Counted from the stretch's first letter, positions 30,795 through 46,568 are shown. The stretch: DNA of 64,000 bases from Eledone cirrhosa (GCA_964016885.1 OZ024742.1:296174001-296238000); one strand, 5' to 3'. Program-made: numbers and translations. The notes: a model not told the origin generated them from the letters alone.

Positions 30795-30925
<131 letters not shown>

Positions 30926-30954
30926 CATATATATATAAATATATATATATATAC

Positions 30955-32340
<1,386 letters not shown>

Positions 32341-32342
32341 AT

Positions 32343-32445
<103 letters not shown>

Positions 32446-32487
32446 ATATACATATACATATATATATATATATATATACATACATAC

Positions 32488-32648
<161 letters not shown>

Positions 32649-32651
32649 TAC

Positions 32652-32693
<42 letters not shown>

Positions 32694-32703
32694 GTATATA
32701 TAC

Positions 32704-32766
<63 letters not shown>

Positions 32767-32779
32767 CATACATATATAT

Positions 32780-32860
<81 letters not shown>

Positions 32861-32935
32861 TTATACATACATATATATATATACATACATATATATATAT
32901 ATATACATACATATACATATATATATAATATATAC

Positions 32936-33006
<71 letters not shown>

Positions 33007-33139
33007 CATATACATATACATATACATATATATATATATACATATACATATACATATATATACATATATATACATATATATATATACATATATATATATA
33101 TACATATATATACATATATATATATATACATATATATAC

Positions 33140-33170
<31 letters not shown>

Positions 33171-33436
33171 CATATATATACATATATATATATATATACA
33201 TATATATACATATAAATATTATACATATATATATACATATATATACATATATATGTATATACATATATATATATATACATATATATACATATATATATAT
33301 ATACATATATATACATATAGATACATATATATACATATATATATATACATATATATACATATATATATATATACATATATATACATATATATATATATAC
33401 ATATATATACATATATATATATATACATATATATAC

Positions 33437-33492
<56 letters not shown>

Positions 33493-34503
33493 GTAGGAGG
33501 TGAGTTTTATTGTAGTACAATAAAGCAATGCAGATATCGGATAAGAAGCACTCTACAGTTTGTGGGACTGGAGTATGCATAATATAAGATCAAAAGATGG
33601 TTAAAGGAGTTCAATATATTTTATTATGCGCATTTCAAAAACAAACATCATCAAATAATAATATTTGTGTTTTCATCAGATAAAACAGGAGAACATGATA
33701 TGAAGGCTAAAAAAACACTTGTTGATAGTGCAGTTTTAAATCAACATATGAAAAGTGGTTTTAGATTGATGTGTGATATTGGGAAAAATATTTTATTTAG
33801 AGAGGGGGGGGGGGGAGAGAAAAGGATGAAAAGGGAAGGAGATGAGAGGGAGAGATGGGTGATAGAGAGAAAGAGATAGTTTTTATAACAGAGAGGAGAT
33901 ATATTTTATATAGAGGGGTTGAAAACCGTTGGAAGATACTGTATAAATTAAAAATTTTGAAAATTAACGAAGGGAGGATATGTGCGAGGAAAAAATATAT
34001 TATATTTAGGGAGGGGTGGGGGTGGAAAGGATGAAAAAAAGGGAGGAGATGAGAGTGAAGGTGGAAAGGGAGAGATGGGTGATAGAGAGAAAGAGATAGT
34101 TTTTATAACTGAGAAAAAGATATAATGTTTTAATATAGAGAGGTTGGGAACCGTTGGAAGATAATGTATAAATTAAAGGAATTTGAAAATTAACGAAGGG
34201 AAATTATGTATGGAGATAGAGAGAAAAAAATAACGAAGGGAGATTATGTATGGAGATAGAGAGAAAAAAAATAATAATTGTGGGTGAATATTTTAACGTC
34301 AAAAGGAGAAATGTAGGAATTTTAAAATTAGCAAAGAGAAAAAGTTTATGTGTAGGATTTGAGAAAAATAATGTGAAGTTAAAGTTTTTATATTGAATTC
34401 ATATGTATTAATAATGAGTTCGTTGATGGGGAGAAAAAAATAATAATAAATTAGGGATGAAATTGAGATTAAAAAGATTGATGATAGAGAGAAAAAAAAT
34501 AAT

Positions 34504-34693
34504 TGTTTCTACTTTTTGGCACAAGGCCAGCAATTATCCAGTGCATTACTGGTACTTTATTTTATCGACCCCGTAAGGATGAAAGGCAAAGTTAACCTCG
34601 GCGGGATTTGAACTCAGAATGGCAAAGACCGTAACTCTATGCGTCAAAGCATGGCGTCCGACCCTCTACCGATACTGCCAATCCATCGCCCTC
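34504..34693 (-). mobile_element. tRNA-derived SINE (octopus-type) inserted in the PLE 3' UTR, with 18-bp TSD
   Basis: A box TGGCAGTATCGG, B box GAGTTCAAATCCC; TSD AGAGAGAAAAAAAATAAT at 34486-34503 and 34694-34711. Confidence 0.85.
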
Positions 34694-35132
34694 AGAGAGA
34701 AAAAAAATAATGATTGCGGATGAATACTCAAAATGTCAAAAACAAATGTTATTGTTTTACGAGGAGATATAATGAGGTGATGAGTAAACGGGTATTATAG
34801 AGTGTATAATGCCCTTTAAAGTAAGGTAGATGGGTATATTTTAAAGAATATATGAGTATATATTAAAAAAAATATATAATAATAAATTAAGGATGAAATT
34901 GAGATTAAAAAGATTTATGATAGAGGGAAAAAAATAATAATGATTGCGGATGAATATTCAAAATGTCAAAAACAAATGTTATTGTTTACGAGAAGATAGG
35001 ATGCGGGAAAAGAGTAAACGAGTATTATAGAGTGTATAATGCCCTTTAAAGTAAGGTAGATGGGTATATTTTAAAGAGGTGTATGTATATGTGCCTTTGA
35101 GAAAAGATTCTAAATTGATAAAGAATTGAATA

Positions 35133-36475
35133 TTAACTGTATACTTTGTGAAAAGTTCTATGGAATTTATGCAGGCAGATGGAAAACAAATCCGAGCGTC
35201 TATTTATTATGGATTCTAGGTTAGAGATAATGGTAAATTTTTCATTTAGGCAAAGATTACAGATTTTAGATAGAGAACTGTTCAAGTACGAGGATGCAGA
35301 AGAAATCTTTTTCCAAAAGATGTTATATTTAATGTTTTTGTCTTTTAAGGACCATATGAGTTCTGAGAGAGCAGTGTTAGTTCTTTTAAGTTTGTATTTG
35401 AAAGATGAATGATGATTATAGAGACGAGCTTTAAAAGAGGTGGAAGTGGAGCCAAAATAGGTGAAGGAATTGGTGCTAGTTATAATTTTACATTCATAAA
35501 TTAAGTTTTTATCGAGGCAGTGGTTGTTGAGAGGACATTTATTTTTAATGCGGCAGTTGCAATTAGAGAGATTATTAATGAGTGATCTAGTGTTATCTAT
35601 AGAAGGAATTGGATTGGAGAAGTTGTTTGCGATAGGAATAATAGGAATAATAGTTTCTTGATTTAGAGTTGGATTATGAACATTTAGCGAAGTTGTGTTT
35701 GACGTTGCATTTGGGTTTACAGAAGTTAGCCTAGGGTTTACAATGACGTCAGGAGTACTATTATTGTTATTATGAGATTCAATATTGGAAGGAAGAGATT
35801 TAGTATTTAATATTTTGTTGTTGTGTTTAGAAATGATGTTGGAAATATTGGAGGATGTAGAATACGAAAATTTGATGGTGTGTTTGTTAAATATTTTACT
35901 ATAGATATGTGAGGGAGGGAAGCATTTATTTAAGGCACTAAAAAATAATTTAGGAATATTGTTATTAATAGAGATGGAGAAAGGAGCATTATACCAGATT
36001 ATGTTTTTGTATCTAGGTCTTTTATTAAGATTATTGGAATGGTTATGATTAAATATTCTACTGTAAGTTTTCCTAGAATTTGTTTCTTTATTATATTTGA
36101 TTTTATCTGGATAGCCGGCTTTAGAAAGTGCGTTATTATAGTAATTGGCGTTAGCATCAAAGATGTTTTTATTAGAAGATATGTTAGATATTCTATTTCC
36201 AATATTATTAACTATAGCATTCTTGATATTGGTAGGATGGTTAGATTTAAAGTTAACATAATTAAGATTCTCATTGTTTTTATGGTAAGGGTAATATAGG
36301 CCAGTGTCAAGGTTAAGAGATACATCCAAGAAATTAGCTAGTTTGGTACTATTATCAAATTCAATTTTTAGGTTATGTTGGTTAAAGAGATTACGTATAT
36401 TGTTCTTAATAATATTAAGTTTAACTATATTGCAATTTAGGATAGTAAAGAGTCCATCGTCACGATAAATTCCTC
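35133..36475 (-). pseudogene. PLE RT C-half, ZnF and GIY-YIG (open frame, 5'-truncated)
   Basis: GGIYRDDGL, NFLDVSLNL, SNHP, WYNAPFS, CNCRIKNKCPLNNHC, LIYEC..YFGST, CNLCLNEK, CLH. The N-terminal MGVERMKKR in the ORF track comes from the inverted arm. Confidence 0.9.
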
Positions 36476-36829
36476 CCCTTTTTTTCATCCTTTCCACCCC
36501 CACCCCTCCCTAAATATAATATATTTTTTCCTCGCACATATCCTCCCTTCGTTAATTTTCAAAATTTTTAATTTATACAGTATCTTCCAACGGTTTTCAA
36601 CCCCTCTATATAAAATATATCTCCTCTCTGTTATAAAAACTATCTCTTTCTCTCTATCACCCATCTCTCCCTCTCATCTCCTTCCCTTTTCATCCTTTTC
36701 TCTCCCCCCCCTCTCTAAATAAAATATTTTTCCCAATATCACACATCAATCTAAAACCACTTTTCATATGTTGATTTAAAACTGCACTATCAACAAGTGT
36801 TTTTTTAGCCTTCATATCATGTTCTCCTG

Positions 36830-36896
36830 TTTTATCTGATGAAAACACAAATATTATTATTTGATGATGTTTGTTTTTGAAATGCGCATAATAAAA
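36830..36896 (+). ncRNA. Type I hammerhead, canonical core (inverted copy at 33619-33685, minus strand)
   Basis: TTTTAT CTGATGA AAACACAAATATTATTA-TT-TGATGATGTTTGTTTTT GAA ATGCGCAT A ATAAAA. Confidence 0.82.
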
Positions 36897-37178
36897 TATA
36901 TTGAACTCCTTTAACCATCTTTTGATCTTATATTATATATATATATATATACATATATATACATATATATATATACATATATATACATATATATATATAT
37001 ACATATATATACATATATATATATATATATACATACATATATATATATATACATACATATATATATATATACATATATATACATATATATATACATATAT
37101 ATACATATATATATATATACATATATATACATATATATACATATATATATATATACATATATATACATATATATATAC

Positions 37179-37268
<90 letters not shown>

Positions 37269-37330
37269 ATATATATACATACATATACATATATATATAT
37301 ATATACACATATATATACATATATATATAC

Positions 37331-37361
<31 letters not shown>

Positions 37362-37399
37362 CATATACATATATATATACATATATATATATACATACA

Positions 37400-37477
<78 letters not shown>

Positions 37478-37478
37478 T

Positions 37479-37781
37479 ATAGAGAAAATTGAGGTTGGTA
37501 ATGGCACATGGAATATATAAGAGACAGAATACTTTTTTGTGAAAAAACATAATTTTATAAGGTAAGGAAATAATAAAGGGTATAAAAAATGACCGGTTTC
37601 GATGGGTCTGTAAAAGCCATCTTTTCAAATGTTGATTAATATTAAGAAAAATTAATTATAAGAAGAGTTAAAATTTGAGGTGTGTATATATATGTGTGGG
37701 TGTGTGTATGTTTGTATGTGTGTATGTATATATATATGTGTGTGTGTGTGTATATATATATGTGTGTGTATGTATGTGTGG

Positions 37782-37817
<36 letters not shown>

Positions 37818-37820
37818 GTG

Positions 37821-37853
<33 letters not shown>

Positions 37854-37892
37854 ATGTATGTGTGTATCTGGATGTATGTGTATGTATATATA

Positions 37893-37943
<51 letters not shown>

Positions 37944-38603
37944 ATGTGTATATATGTGTGTGTGTGTATGTGTGTATGTATATGTATGTGTGTGTGTATG
38001 TATGTGTGTATATGTATATATATGTATATATATATATGTATATATATATATGTATATGTATATGTATGTATGTGTGGATGAAGGTATGTGTGTATATATA
38101 GGTGTAAGTGCACTAAATCCCTTTCTATCACGCTCCACTCTCCTACCCATCACAGGAAGATATGTGTATGTATATTGCTTCCACCCCCTCACTGACCAGC
38201 AGCTGGCCTGTTGGTGATTGCTAAATCTGACCTTTATAAAATAACCCACACCCCAAATAACTTCTCATTCACTACCAGAAAGGGACACAGCAGTCAACCT
38301 GTTGTTGCTACCTAGATGAAAACTGCTATGAAATCCCACAATGAATTTTATACTTGAATTTTCAAGTCTCAAATTTTAACTCTTCGTATTATTAATTTTT
38401 CTTAATATTAATCAACATTTGAAAAGATGGCTTTTAAAGACCCATCGAAACCGGTCATTTTTTATACCCTTTATTATTTCCTTACCTTATAAGACTATGT
38501 TTTTTCACAAAAAAGTATTCTGTCTCTTATATATTCCATGTGCCATTACCAACCTCAATTTTCTCTATAACCTTCGTTTTGTGTAGAAAATTACACTTTT
38601 CAT
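37479..38603. mobile_element. Inverted-end PLE pLTR insertion, non-coding
   Basis: Arms at about 37479-37680 and 38368-38569; the right arm extends ~35 nt; a hammerhead lies in each arm. Confidence 0.78.
38414..38461 (+). ncRNA. Type I hammerhead, U3-A8 variant (inverted copy at 37586-37633, minus strand)
   Basis: AACAT TTGAAAA GATGG-CTTTTAAAGAC-CCATC GAA ACCGGT C ATTTT; stem I is weak. Confidence 0.72.
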
Positions 38604-38646
38604 ACATATATATATATATATATATATACATATATATATACATACA

Positions 38647-38685
<39 letters not shown>

Positions 38686-38687
38686 GC

Positions 38688-38814
<127 letters not shown>

Positions 38815-38833
38815 CATATATATATATAAATAC

Positions 38834-38868
<35 letters not shown>

Positions 38869-38890
38869 CATATATACATATATACATATA

Positions 38891-39505
38891 TACTTTTGCC
38901 CGACCACACCTTGAATACTGTTGTCCACTGTGGTCTCCCCACACGAAACAAAGTATCATGAAACTTGAAGCTCCTCAAAGGGCAATCACGAAAAAGATAG
39001 ATGGCATGTCAGACCTTGACTACTGGGGTCGATTAGAAAACCTGAAACTTTACTCACTCCAACGTCGCCGTGAGCGTTATATTATCTGCATGATGTGGAA
39101 AATGTTCCATCATCACTGCCCAAATGATGTTGGCATCGCCTTCAAGATACACCCAAGGCTTGGGCCCCGTGCTATCCGTCCCATTCAAAAATCTAAATCG
39201 CAACTCATAACAACAATACGGCACAATTATTTCACCTCAATCGGCCCTGCTCTCTTCAACATCACACCAGGACACGTCAAAACAGAAACTGACCACACAA
39301 AATTCAAGAAGTCTTTGGACAAATTCCTCCAAGTAATCCGGACAAACCACCCACACCCGGATATGTCTCCGCAAACAGTAATTCTCTTCTCGATTGGGCC
39401 ATGGTGCCCAAATCCTGAATTGAAAGACTTCGCCAGGTGGTGCTATTAAGTTAGACATGGCCTGGGCCAATACTGGCCAAAACATTTCAAAGTTATTCAA
39501 AGTTA
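38891..39505 (+). mobile_element. Second, 5'-truncated copy of the LINE at 9684-11945
   Basis: Nearly identical to about 11329-11945, including the 3' tail. Confidence 0.92.
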
Positions 39506-39612
39506 TATATATACATATATATATACACATATATATATACATATATATATATATACATATATATATATACATATATATATATACATATATATATACACAT
39601 ATATATATACAC

Positions 39613-39645
<33 letters not shown>

Positions 39646-39672
39646 CATATATATATACATATATATATATAC

Positions 39673-39729
<57 letters not shown>

Positions 39730-39736
39730 TATATAC

Positions 39737-39767
<31 letters not shown>

Positions 39768-39800
39768 AATATATAAATATATATATAAATATATATATAT

Positions 39801-41403
39801 ATTTCGTTTCTGAATTTGTTTAGCAAGATTCTTTATCTGAAAACGTGTGTTGATACCGATACTGTTATATTTTGGGAGGGTCATGTTGCCAATAAGAAAC
39901 ACACGCAGCAGTTGCTTTCACTTCAATTTATTATAATAAATTTATAAATTTAGGAATTTCCGGTTGGTTGTTGGTTCCACAACCAGATGATTGTTTATAT
40001 ATTGTCAAAGTTCTTTCGTCACACATTCTATGACCTCTTCAGTGTCTGGGGGTTCTTTTCTTTGTTTTTGTGCCTCTCCTTTGTTCTGTCCCACGCCATC
40101 TTGTTTTTGTGTGTGTGTTGTGTGCTTAGTTTGCGCATGTGTTACATCCGGGTGTCTGTGTATGTTTATATTCGTTTACTTATTTGTTTATTTACATGTT
40201 ACGGATTTGGTACGGGTGATGAGAAACGTGTCCCGAAGGACTAGAAAGACACATACAACACTTCATTCACCGTATGCAGTTCTCTGGTTACAATCAGAGA
40301 GATAAAATCAGAGTGTATAGAGGAGCCAGAACCAAATGGGAAAAATGGTTAATAATAACACAAATGGGACCTGCCCTTTGTATAGGAGCAAATTTTGGAA
40401 TAGAATAGAAAGAACTAGGAATAAGGCTAATAGAATAAACTCATGGTATGATACCAATAACTACCAGAGTGTAATGTTCATCGATACAACCCCTAGAGGT
40501 GAATTAGCTTACAAATTTAGACGGTCCCTAGATAAACATAAACTCAATATTAAGATAGTAGAAAGACCAGGTACCTCCATAAAAACACTTATTAGCAAGA
40601 CATACCCTTTTCAAAGACCTCCCTGTATAGATGAGAAATGTATAATCTGTAAATTAAGCCCCCATATTAACTGTAAAACTAGAAATGTAGTATATAGCAT
40701 AAGATGTACTGAAGGACAATGTAGAGATAAAAATATAGTGTACATAGGTGAGACAGCTCGTAATATAGGGGAACGGATAAATGAACCATGGCGAGATCTT
40801 CAAGATAATAAAGAATCATCTGTGCTCTACCAACATGCTAAAATAGAACATAAGGGTAAATTAGAGAACATAGAAATAAAAATAGAATCTACACACAGAA
40901 AAAGACGCAATGTTTTGACAAATCACAGAGGCAATAAACATAAATGAACTCCAGCCAAAATTAAATAGAAAACATGAGTGGAACAGCAACATCACAACTT
41001 ACAATTAAGGACAAAATGAAAACACACACGCACATAGAACAAACAACCAACCAGTAACATGTAAATAAACAAATAAATAAATGAACGTAAACACACACAG
41101 ACACGCGGATGTAACACATGCGCAAACTAAGCACACAACACACACAAACACAAGATGGCGTAGGACAGAACTAAGAAGAGACACAAAAACAAAGAAAAGA
41201 ATCCCCAGTCACTGAAGAGGTCACAGAATGTGTGACGAAAGAACTTTGACAATATATAAACAACCATCTGGTTGTGGAACCAACCAACTAACCGGAAATT
41301 TATAAATTCCTAAATTTATAAATTTATTATAATAAATTGAAGTGAAAGCAACTGCTGCGTGTGTTTCTTATTGGCAACATGACCCTCTCAAAGTATAACA
41401 ATA
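39801..41403. mobile_element. Neptune/Nematis-like PLE, truncated, with inverted pLTR
   Basis: Arms at about 39860-40202 (-) and 41053-41403 (+). ORF fragment 40202-41007 (+): C....C..C, NVVYSIRC, YIGETAR, H..H, N.K.EW. Hammerheads at 40004-40046 (-) and 41208-41250 (+). Confidence 0.88.
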
Positions 41404-41424
41404 TATATATATATAAATATATAA

Positions 41425-41473
<49 letters not shown>

Positions 41474-41755
41474 TGTGTGTGTATATATATATATAAAAGA
41501 AAATTTCGCTCTACATGGCTGAATACAATAAATGTAATCTGAGTTTTTCGAATATTAATAATAATATTCGATTCGTTTGCAATTATATAAACAAGCCTCA
41601 ATTTTTATATCCATGTCAGTAGAATGAACACTTCCTTCTTGCTCTTGTGTTGTCATGTGAATAGAACTGCAGACACTAATGTTTCTGGGTATCACCCTTG
41701 ATCAGTACAGCTCACTGTTCACCTGCCAAACTGTCAGAGCTAGTGAAAATATATG

Positions 41756-41926
41756 CTATTTTCAAAAATACACAGTGACTGATCGGCCTGATTTTCTTGT
41801 TAGCAGACTGGCTTATCAGTAAGATCTGCATATTAGCAGATCCACTGATCAGCCAGATTTGCATATCAGCAGACTGGCCAGTCAGTTTCCTGTATACGAT
41901 CAGTCACTGTGTATTTTGAAAATAGA
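41756..41926. repeat. Short inverted repeat / MITE-like hairpin
   Basis: CTATTTTCAAAAATACACAGTGACTGATCG ... CGATCAGTCACTGTGTATTTTGAAAATAG, with internal AGCAGA(C/T) repeats. Confidence 0.6.
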
Positions 41927-42131
41927 TGAGTATTGATGTGTCAAATTTCTTTAGTCAAAAATACAGTGAAAGCTTCTATTTCTATTTTATATATATATTC
42001 TTTTACTCTTTTATCTGTTCCAGCCATCCATATATATTCTAGACCACCCGTGACACGTCGGGTCACATTCAATGAAAAATAATCTTTAAATAATGAAAAT
42101 ATACACAGACATGTATACATGTATGTATGTG

Positions 42132-42195
<64 letters not shown>

Positions 42196-42199
<4 letters not shown>

Positions 42200-42590
42200 A
42201 GAGTATTGAAGTTTGCTTGAAGCATTGTGAAATAATAAGGTATATTTCTTTAGGTCGTTTTGGAAGCCTCAACAATGCAGATGGGTAAATCTCCGGGTAA
42301 CAAGATCCGGTGGTGGAGAGAGAGATGTAAGTGAATGTAGGTTGAGATGTGTAGCGTGTAGAAGAATGTAGGAAAGAGCGTAAAGGATAAAAATAATAAC
42401 ACGAGATAGAGTTACCTTGGGAGAGATTTAATTGTCCCTATATATTTCGGATTCACATCCATAAACTGGAGTTTTATCCAGGGGGAGGGGGGGTCTGTCG
42501 GAAAGGTGCGAAACGTCTCCTCCGCTGTTCCTTGTTTTGAATATCTGAATATATATAAATGTGGGTGTCTGTGACCTATATACACTAGTC
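42196..42590 (-). mobile_element. Solo PLE pLTR-like fragment with variant hammerhead (42436-42471)
   Basis: Minus strand reads CTC CAGTTTAT GGAT-GTGA-ATCC GAA ATATAT A GGG; the terminus resembles 6900-6980. Confidence 0.5.
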
Positions 42591-42621
42591 ACAGACACAC
42601 ACACATACACACACACATATA

Positions 42622-42826
42622 TATAACGAAGGAAGTGTGGTAAGGAACCAGGTGGACCATAATGCACCAGAGTATTCAATACAGAATAGTAGAGTGGGTA
42701 ATAGGAAAATGTTCATGATCTCGACGGCAGAGCTCAAGCCACTTCGACGGCTATTTCTGGACGCAGAGTCCAGAAATAGCCGTCGAAGCAGCTTGAGCTC
42801 TGTCGTCGGGGTCTTGAACATTTTCC

Positions 42827-42829
<3 letters not shown>
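42622..42829. mobile_element. Mini inverted insertion of the 512-4358 PLE family terminus (further fragment at 43003-43064)
   Basis: The left arm is the reverse complement of the pLTR ending CTTCGTTAT; the right arm ends TTCCTAT; each arm carries only the 3' half of the hammerhead. Confidence 0.8.
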
Positions 42830-42858
<29 letters not shown>

Positions 42859-43059
42859 AACTTACAAACCCTTCCTATTTAGCAGGAAATATTCGCTACA
42901 GACATCCTGTCCTAACACAAGTTATATGATACATATGACTAAATATTCAATCGCCAAATTCGAGAGAGATACAATAATGCTGTATTCGATTCTAAAAGTT
43001 TTTAGTCCAGAAATAGCCGTCGAAACGGCTTGAGCTCTGCCGTCGGGGTTAAACTTTTT

Positions 43060-43147
<88 letters not shown>

Positions 43148-43448
43148 AAAATAACACAGGAGAACAATGATGATATATTAGTTTAACGCTCGATAAAGTA
43201 GGAAAAGTTACTAAGCATTTCAAATGTTAGGCCTTCATCAGAAGATAGAATAAGAGAGAGAAGAGAGGATATTTAAAAGGAAGATAGACCAGAGTAAGGA
43301 AAGAAAGGAAACAGGAAAAGGTTAGACGTGAGGTAGCAAAGATAAGGCAAGAGTTAAGAGAAGTGAGGAGAAGAAAGAAGAAAAGATCAGAAGATATTAG
43401 AATAAGGAGGTGTAGATTGAGAGGAAAGTAGTGATGGATCGTGGGATA

Positions 43449-43504
<56 letters not shown>

Positions 43505-43645
43505 TATTATTCATTTACGTTCATACACGAATCAAAAGCGCTACACACGCACACACAGACACACACATATATATATATATATATGCATTTAGAACTACGA
43601 AATTTCTAAACATATTTGTATACAGCTATGCTTGAAGCTAAATCC

Positions 43646-43755
<110 letters not shown>

Positions 43756-44494
43756 TACATACACTCATGCTGTCACAAGAAAAATTGAAAAACATGGAAG
43801 TAAAATGTGTAATGTTGAATCTAAATTTAGTTAATCCATTAGCGGAGTGTTCTTAGAAGATAATGAATAAATTAGCAATCCAAATAATGCCAAGCCCCTC
43901 AAAGACATTGCGAAATTGAACCAAATCCATCACTGATAAACTTAAAATTAAATTATTCTGGCAAGCCTTTCAAACAAAGTAGTGAAGCATTCAGCAGGAT
44001 TCATTCCCTCATTCTGTGTTCTGAATAAAACGAACGGAATATTCTATTTAAAAAGAATATTCCTAAAATATCAAAGCATCTCAGTTCATTTTATTTATTT
44101 GTATTTAATATTTGGATGGGTAAGTTGGCTGAGTCGTTAGAGCGTCGGATAAAATGTTTTTCCTCTAAACCTTCCGGCTCTCTTCGCTCCGAGTTCAAAA
44201 CCCAACCCACTTAAAGTTAGCTCATCTTTCATCTTTTCCGAGTCGATAAATGAAGTGCCATTAGTGGGTAGATTTCCCCTCCTTTCTCATGAGAAAATCA
44301 GTAGTGGTCAGACCAGGAGAGGGATGTACTCTTTCAGGTTTAAAATATCTTTGAGACACCATATATCATGATGGCGTCCCTATGACTATCAGGACTTGAG
44401 GATCCAAGGCAAAACACAACTCACCATCTTCCTTTACAATTTTACTGAAAGTAAATACAAATTATTTAGAACAATGAACAACATTATTATATTA

Positions 44495-44675
44495 GGGTGG
44501 TGGATTAGCAGAATCGGTAGAGCGTCGGACACCCTGCTTCGCAGCATAGAGTTACGGCCCTTTATGTTCTGAGTTCAAATCCCGCCGAGGTTAACTTTGC
44601 CTTTCATCGTTATGGGTCGATAAAATAAAGTACCAGTAATGGTACTTGTGCCAAAAGTAGAAACAATTATATTAT
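44495..44675 (+). mobile_element. tRNA-derived SINE, same family as 34504-34693 (degenerate relatives at ~44118-44280, ~49020-49150, ~53800-53835)
   Basis: TAGCAGAATCGG, GAGTTCAAATCCCGCCGAGGTTAACTTTGCCTTTCATC, TGTGCCAAAAGTAGAAACAATTAT. Confidence 0.85.
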
Positions 44676-44682
44676 TAACGAA

Positions 44683-44720
<38 letters not shown>

Positions 44721-44750
44721 TTCGTTAATAACACAATATATATATTTATA

Positions 44751-45724
44751 TAGTGGCGGACTAGGTCTAAAAATATAGGTTGCCAGGAGATGGAGGCCCA
44801 CCTACATATAGAATGCTATCATTTAAATTTTATAATGAATAGATAAATATTTTGTAAAATACACAAGTGGAAACAAAACAGTGCAATTAAAATGTTTGCG
44901 GAAAAATGTCTTACCTTCTCTAATAAAAAATATTATGTATTTTGCGAAATCCAGAGACTTAATAATAACCAGAAGTCGACCCTAAATATTACTAATAGCT
45001 CTAGGAAAGCTATGAACGGCAGAACATCTTTTTAACTTTGATTTTGAAAGTAGGTTTATAATTATTAATTTTCATTGCAGTGGCCTAGTTGGAGGAATCT
45101 TAGAGGGTGGTGAACCTGGTCTGAAGTTCGATCCTGGTTGGGTTCTCGGTAAACCTTTTCAGTTTTTTCTTATTGGTTGTAAAGTAAAAACTTAAAAAGG
45201 TTACATGTACCTCTTGACCAGGATTGAACCCAAGGTCAGGATCTCCAATTTCTCTGGTATCTACCACTAGGCCACAGAGACAACTACAAAATTCTTATGA
45301 AAATTCATACTTATAAACCTACTTTCAAAACAAAATGATGTGGTGTCGTTCATGTCTTTCTTAATGTTATTGCTCCTACTTAATGTCGACTTCTAAATCA
45401 TTTGTGTGTTCCATAAACTACATCCTCGTTTTGTTTCTCATCCATCTAGATTACATTTCAACCTGGCATCCATGTTTCATTTCTGTCCCACCTCATTTCT
45501 CCCCCTCCTTGGTTGACCAAATGCTTTGCTTAATTGTTTTATTTATTTAAAAAAAAAATTATTCTGTCTTTTAGATTTCATGTATTTTTTGAAAGCAAAG
45601 CATTGGTCCCTAAAATAGTACAGTGGACCCTGCAATGCTACTGTGGACTCTTGCAATGCCACAGTGGGCCCACTAGGGCCCACTTGCCATTGGGCAACCT
45701 GGCAACCTGGCCAGTCCGCTACTA
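44751..45724. mobile_element. Non-autonomous DNA transposon (hAT-like) with an internal inverted pair of tRNA-like units
   Basis: TIRs TAGTGGCGGACT/AGTCCGCTACTA; subterminal GGTTGCCAGG and GGCCCAC repeats; near-TSD TATTTATA/TATATATA. Confidence 0.65.
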
Positions 45725-46018
45725 TATATATATATATATATATTTAAGTATAGGGTTACCTTTAAGATTAAACATTAACTTAACACCAACAAAAAACAAA
45801 ATAGACGTGGGAAACCATCATGGTGGGATGTATATATCAGTCTCATATTCAGACAGCCAACCAATAAACCACTCTCAGTTTTAACCAATAATTAGTATAT
45901 GATCGCAGTTAATTTATGTAAGTTATTCAATTCCTAGAAATTTATTAATTTGCCCTAACAACAAAATTCTCATACGAACTTTAAAAGCTTCATAGTCTAG
46001 AGGGCTACCCCGTCTAAT

Positions 46019-46077
<59 letters not shown>

Positions 46078-46084
<7 letters not shown>

Positions 46085-46490
46085 TAAACGGAATAGAAAT
46101 TGCTGACAAATTGTTCACAGTTGAAAAATGGTTTAATTAGGAATAAAAGAGTATTAGTGATTGTATGGGTTAGTATTCAGTTGTGGTTTTAAGTTTTTAA
46201 GTTTTTACCGGTTGCGCATTTCTAAATGCTTTTCAAAAATAATTTTGAGATAGAGTGTCCGTGAGCAAACAGCACGGACACTCTATCTCAAAATTATTTT
46301 TGAAAAGCATTTAGAAATGCGCAACCGGTAAAAACTTAAAAACTTAAAACCACAACTGAATACTAACCCATACAATCACTAATACTCTTTTATTCCTAAT
46401 TAAACCATTTTTCAACTGTGAACAATTTGTCAGCAATTTCTATTCCGTTTTCCAATATATAATTACTTGTGTGTTACACCTCTATTCTTT

Positions 46491-46495
<5 letters not shown>
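46078..46495. mobile_element. Near-perfect palindrome made of two inverted PLE pLTR ends
   Basis: Arms 46078-46263 and 46273-46458 with a 9-nt spacer; the right arm extends ~35 nt. Hammerhead-like motif at 46297-46333: TTT TTGAAAA GCATT-TAGA-AATGC GCA ACCGGT A AAA. Confidence 0.78.

Positions 46496-46568
<73 letters not shown>

Larger units (their letters stand above)
33494..36935 (-). mobile_element. 5'-truncated Naiad-like PLE with inverted pLTR
   Basis: ORF on the minus strand; arms at about 33581-34040 and 36471-36935; the left end extends ~87 nt; a hammerhead lies in each arm. Confidence 0.9.

Noticed and set aside
43175-43245. Minus-strand CTGATGA followed by a hairpin
   Set aside because: No correctly placed GAAA or closing stem I.
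44495-44590. tRNA gene
   Set aside because: The A/B boxes belong to a SINE head with an extended spacer and SINE body; no cloverleaf.
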